A DNA stretch of 64,000 nucleotides from Alphaproteobacteria bacterium (GTDB lineage: Bacteria > Pseudomonadota > Alphaproteobacteria > UBA828): positions 4,032,001 to 4,096,000 of the forward strand of contig OZ243972.1 of the NCBI GenBank assembly GCA_965214705.1. The letters run 5' to 3'. This document shows positions 60,147 to 64,000 of the stretch, piece after piece (within the stretch, counting starts at the first letter, position 1; the number at the start of each line of letters is the position of its first letter). The position numbers were made by a program, and so were the translations under genes. The notes below the pieces were generated by a model. That model was not told where the DNA came from. It searched no databases and was given only the letters and a program-made list of their open reading frames with translations.

Positions 60147-61060
60147 TGTTGCGTCCTCCCCGTCTGTACCCGCTCTGCCTTCTCGGCGATTCGCCGAAGC
60201 AGTGGCGGAGTTGCCTTGAGATACCAGTACGTATTGGCCAGGTTGGAGTGGCCGAGGTAGGTAGAGAGAGCCAGCATGTGCGTGCTTGAGTCTTCGTCAC
60301 TGTCCAGGCTCTCCAGTACCCATACACAGTAGCTGTGCCGCAAATCGTGCAGCCGCGGTCCCGGCTCGCCCGGCTGTCCGCGCAGGCCCAACTGACGAAG
60401 AAGCCGCAAAAATGCACGTGTGGCGGTAGGACCAGCCGGCGGCTTGCCTATTGCCAGAACAAACAGGTGCTCACCAGGCCCGCCAAGGCGTTTTCTGATC
60501 GCGACATACTCGTCTAGGGCGCGCCATGTGTCTTCGTGAAGCGGCAGTAGTCGGCTCTTGCGGAACTTCGATTCGCGGACGAGTAAGCCGTCTGAGGTGA
60601 TGTCTGACAGCTGCAGAGCCAGTGCCTCCGACCTTCGTATGCCCGTCACCGCCATCAGCCCGAACAGGTAATGCCATGTATACGGCGCAATCGGGTCACG
60701 AGTGGGCAGGGACAGAGCAGCGTCCATCACCTGACGAACCTGGGCTCGCGTGAGCAAGTACGGTGACGGCCTGCTTGGGTTTCGCCGGCCCACGACGTCG
60801 CGAGGCGGCACCTCGTGGCGTGCATCCTCCGCGTGTAGCGAGAGTGCGAAGTTTCGAGCGATCTGCAGCTTGAGCGAAGCCCTGTTCGGGGACGTTCCCT
60901 TGGAAGCCCAGTCGATGATTCGGTCGCAGCGTGTCCATTCGTCCCCGAATGCCGTGGCGAACTCGGCGTACTCCCGCAGCACCCGCTCGTTGTCCGCAAA
61001 CTTGTAGCCAAGCTTCCTGTTCAGCTCGACGTAGCGTTCGACGTGGAGGATTAACGACAT
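60143..61060 (-). CDS. RIT recombinase B
   Basis: TGIRRSE, SKFRKSR, HDLRHSY, YLGH...TYWYL. Confidence 0.9.
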   Translation of the reverse strand: MSLILHVERYVELNRKLGYKFADNERVLREYAEFATAFGDEWTRCDRIIDWASKGTSPNRASLKLQIARNFALSLHAEDARHEVPPRDVVGRRNPSRPSPYLLTRAQVRQVMDAALSLPTRDPIAPYTWHYLFGLMAVTGIRRSEALALQLSDITSDGLLVRESKFRKSRLLPLHEDTWRALDEYVAIRKRLGGPGEHLFVLAIGKPPAGPTATRAFLRLLRQLGLRGQPGEPGPRLHDLRHSYCVWVLESLDSDEDSSTHMLALSTYLGHSNLANTYWYLKATPPLLRRIAEKAERVQTGRTQQ

Positions 61061-62622
61061 GCCTCATCTCCTCCAATCCAGGGTTGTGCAACGTGGAGAA
61101 GCATTTCGGTGTCCACCTTGGCGTAGATCGCCGTGGTCTCTCGGAACCGATGGCGAAGCACCGCCCCAACAACGTCCAGCGTGGCGCCAGAGCGCAGCAG
61201 GCTGGTCGCGGCGGAATGGCGAAAGACACGAACGCCCCCCGCGCCGGGGGGTTTGACCTCGGCGCGGTCGAGCGCATCGCGCGCGATTAGCGATACCATC
61301 TGGCCGTCCCGGAACGGTCGATGTGGCGCTCGCGTCCGGAGGAACACTTTCTCTTCGTCGACCCGGGGACGCGCGGTGAGGATGTAGTCCAGCAACGCGT
61401 CACCGACATCCTGCGGAAGGGGCAGAGCGGCCTCGATTGCCGACTTGCTACGGACACGAAGAGAGGCGTTCTTCCAATCGATGTCTGACAGTTTCAGATT
61501 CGAGACGTCCCGTGCCCGGAGGCCGAGCCTGCCAAGAAGGAGGACAATCGTACGATCACGTCTCCCTTTGCCTGTCGTTGTGTCGAACGATCCAATCACC
61601 CGTTCCATATCGTCGGGCGAGATGTATTTCGGCAATGTCGAGAGCCGCCAATGAGGAACTGTCGGGATTGCTTCGACCAGTTCTGCGGGGCATTCGCCCT
61701 TCGAGGCCAAGTAGCGGATGTACATGCGCACCGCTCCGACCAGATTCTTAGCGTAGGATGGCGAGACGTCCTTTAGGTGATGTAGGAGAGCACTTCTGAT
61801 TACTTCAACATCGTATCCGCGCGGATTATCGCCGAGATTCGGCAGCACTCTGGAAAGGTTGTAAATGTGATTCTGAATCGCCTCGTCTCCGGTGCCGCGG
61901 TGTTGACGCAACCACTCTCGGTAGTCATCCAGCCCGTCGTTGGGCTCCTTCCTCGATGGCAACATCTTCGGAGCTAGACCCCGTTCAGCGAGGAACGTGA
62001 TGAACGCCCGGGTCTGGTAAGGGACGCGAACAGCGGCACGATGTCCTCTGAATCCAAAGAAGACACCGGGCCGGGCACAATTGCAGTCGTGGCTGGAGAA
62101 CCGGTCGAGCACGGACTTGTCGATGTCGGCCAGGGAGATGCGACAATGATGGAGCCAGAAGAGGAAGTGACGGCTCCCGCCGCGGCAATGTCTGATTGAG
62201 CTCGCCGAATGACCCTCCGCCTGCCGCTGCTCCAGGAAGGTGTTCAGCAGGCGGAGGTTGTCATCAATCTCTCCTGGAGTAGTTATCCGCCCGGTCTCCT
62301 CAAGAAACTGAACAAACGTGCGAAGACCGGATACAAAGTGAGGTACCTCCCGGTTGTGAAGCCGATTGAACTTGAACGGCGGCACCGGACAGGTGCACTC
62401 ATGCTCAAGAAAGCGGTGCAGGATATCGTCGTCCACCGTGTCCAGAGAGGTACGGCTAAGCTTCAACCAAGCCAGAAAGTGTTCCGCGGGACCCAGATAC
62501 CTGAGGATCTTGGCGTGGCCACGTCCCGCCTCAGACAGGTAGGCCGAAAACTGCGGGATGATGCCTGTGAACAGGGCCTGATCCGTTCCAGAGCTGACGG
62601 TGCATCGGGTGTCTTGTGACAT
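61051..62622 (-). CDS. RIT recombinase A
   Basis: LGLRARD, VFRHS, LRH...TAIYAK; AGGAGG RBS before ATG at 62622. Confidence 0.88.
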   Translation of the reverse strand: MSQDTRCTVSSGTDQALFTGIIPQFSAYLSEAGRGHAKILRYLGPAEHFLAWLKLSRTSLDTVDDDILHRFLEHECTCPVPPFKFNRLHNREVPHFVSGLRTFVQFLEETGRITTPGEIDDNLRLLNTFLEQRQAEGHSASSIRHCRGGSRHFLFWLHHCRISLADIDKSVLDRFSSHDCNCARPGVFFGFRGHRAAVRVPYQTRAFITFLAERGLAPKMLPSRKEPNDGLDDYREWLRQHRGTGDEAIQNHIYNLSRVLPNLGDNPRGYDVEVIRSALLHHLKDVSPSYAKNLVGAVRMYIRYLASKGECPAELVEAIPTVPHWRLSTLPKYISPDDMERVIGSFDTTTGKGRRDRTIVLLLGRLGLRARDVSNLKLSDIDWKNASLRVRSKSAIEAALPLPQDVGDALLDYILTARPRVDEEKVFLRTRAPHRPFRDGQMVSLIARDALDRAEVKPPGAGGVRVFRHSAATSLLRSGATLDVVGAVLRHRFRETTAIYAKVDTEMLLHVAQPWIGGDEACR

Positions 62623-62758
62623 CGTGATGTCCTCCTTTCGTGACAACGCGAAAGAAGCACATCACAAGACTATGTTGAGCGTTTAGGCCCCTGCAGCCAG
62701 AGCTGCCGGGGCCTTCGCGTCGCTGCTCAACATATTGTTCGACGCGAAATGCCATCTT

Positions 62759-62778
62759 CTATGTTGAGCTCAACATAG
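62759..62778. repeat. 20-bp perfect palindrome CTATGTTGAGCTCAACATAG beside RIT3
   Basis: Read directly. Confidence 0.95.
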
Positions 62779-62861
62779 GAGATGCACCACATAGAACACC
62801 GCGCCGGGGTTGAGGATGTCGTCCTGGCGGAAGACGTCCCCGACGTAGTCGCCGTGCTGGT

Positions 62862-62883
62862 ATTACGTTGAGCTCAACGTAAT
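62862..62883. repeat. 22-bp perfect palindrome ATTACGTTGAGCTCAACGTAAT
   Basis: Read directly. Confidence 0.95.
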
Positions 62884-64000
62884 GAATTGGCCTGTATCGG
62901 TCGTGCGCAGCAGGACCGATACAGGCATTGAGCTGAGCCGCGCTGCACGGCCGTAGTGCCGGGCTATGGGGAAAGTAACCGCTGGGTGGGAGCCGATTAG
63001 GCCGAAGCGGTGCAACCTGTTGGTGTCGCTGGCGGCGCCGGCACTCTGAATCTCCACTTATCAGGTTGCGACGCGGCTGTGCAGGGGCTCGCGACGATGT
63101 TTCGCCGCCGGGCAGCACGAAGCGGGCGCAGGAGCGGTCGCGGCGCGGCGGCCGGGGGGACTGTTGTCGGACCTTGTCGGTTCTGACGCATCGTCACGGC
63201 GGTCGGGTATTCGTCGCCCGCATGGCTGCTTGGGGCTGCGGCTCAAGAATGACGGTTTGCCGCAGCGTTGCCTCGCCGCACTGGCGGCACACGGTGATGT
63301 CGATCCCCGTCAGTCGCAGCATCATCTGCTGCGTCGTTTCCGGCTCCCGCGGTTCAGGGGCAGGCTGGCCGAGCAGGTCTCGGCAGCGGGCGAGCTTGCG
63401 AGCCCGGCAGCGATTGGCGAGCAAGCCGTAGTGGCGCAGGCGGGTGAAGCCGCGCGGGAGGACGTGCAGGAGGAAGCGGCGGATGAACTCGTCGACGTCG
63501 AGACGCATCACCTTGACCTTGTTGCCGTCAGCGTAGTCGCGCCAACGGAAGCGAACGTGCTCGCCGTCGAAGTCGACGAGGCGATGATTGGCGATGGCAG
63601 CCTTGTGGGTGTAGCGCCCGAGATAGGCCAGAACGTGCCCGGCGCCGGCGAACGGGGCCTTGGTGTAGACCACCCAGTCGTTCGACCGCAGCGCGGTCTT
63701 CAGACACTCGAACTCGCGGCTGTCGTCACCACCGCCGACGACCTTGAGCCGGAGTTCGCCGTCGCGGTGCGCGGCGCCGAGGAAGTCGAGATACTTGCCG
63801 CGGAAGACCTTCGAGAGCGCGACCGTGGGGAACAGGAAGCCCTTGCGCGCGGGAGTGAGCCAGCGCTCTCTGTCCGGGCTCAGACCGCCGTCGGTGACGA
63901 TACAGTGGACATGGATGTGCTGTCCCAGATTCTGCCCCCAAGTGTGCAGCACCATGGTGATGCCGAGCTCGCCGCCGAGCCAGCGGGGATTGCGGCCGAA
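62884..64000 (-). mobile_element. IS91-like element D (divergent; runs off window)
   Basis: Terminal hairpin 62890-62926 then TTGAGCTGAGCCGCG, analogous to the ends of copies B and C. Confidence 0.7.
63194..64000 (-). CDS. IS91-family transposase, C-terminal part
   Basis: LHTWGQ, HIHVH, YLGRY, EFIRRFLLHVLP, RHYG, C-terminal CxxC. Confidence 0.92.
   Translation of the reverse strand, partial: FGRNPRWLGGELGITMVLHTWGQNLGQHIHVHCIVTDGGLSPDRERWLTPARKGFLFPTVALSKVFRGKYLDFLGAAHRDGELRLKVVGGGDDSREFECLKTALRSNDWVVYTKAPFAGAGHVLAYLGRYTHKAAIANHRLVDFDGEHVRFRWRDYADGNKVKVMRLDVDEFIRRFLLHVLPRGFTRLRHYGLLANRCRARKLARCRDLLGQPAPEPREPETTQQMMLRLTGIDITVCRQCGEATLRQTVILEPQPQAAMRATNTRPP

Larger units (their letters stand above)
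59059..62752 (-). mobile_element. RIT element 3 (different family member)
   Basis: Three recombinases; perfect inverted repeats 59054-59141 / 62670-62757 built on TATGTTGAGC. Confidence 0.92.
58960..62862 (-). pseudogene. homolog of 21480-21779 split by RIT3
   Basis: Joining at one GAGATG gives YQHGDYVGDVFRQDDILNPGAVFYVVHLSEDPRGPVRVHERHRVREVARHLLDTHPML*. Confidence 0.8.

Overview
GC-rich, probably proteobacterial accessory region in which most of the sequence is nested mobile DNA. The scaffold appears to be two diverged copies of one integrative-element backbone (RHH-like gene, DUF2493/SLOG gene, conserved non-coding block, small hypothetical gene; copy 1 also has a Toprim primase and ssb). 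Between them lie a tyrosine integrase, a shattered S24 gene and an intact defence-type locus (HTH-SNF2-DUF3883, DUF3800, Zeta-like ATPase, MNT-HEPN, DUF2806, DUF1156 methyltransferase, DUF499 ATPase). Inserted elements: two nested group II introns, three IS1634, IS4, IS630, IS1595 (plus the end of a second), an IS110/IS1111-type element, three RIT (recombinase-in-trio) elements and four IS91-like transposase elements, three with a visible tyrosine-integrase partner. Most junctions were resolved to the base by eye. The strongest signals are: (1) a bridge/seekRNA-like region in the IS110 element whose target guides spell the conserved YNSC codons of IS91-like transposases, which is where the element sits; (2) a 20-bp GAGCTC-centred palindrome, matching each RIT family's own end motif, placed 6 bp outside one end of every RIT and apparently part of the inserted unit; (3) hairpin-ended IS91-like+integrase elements with single-G junctions; (4) co-varying direct repeats at both ends of the IS1634 elements. 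Family names come from motif recognition, not database searches. No tRNA, rRNA or CRISPR array was seen.
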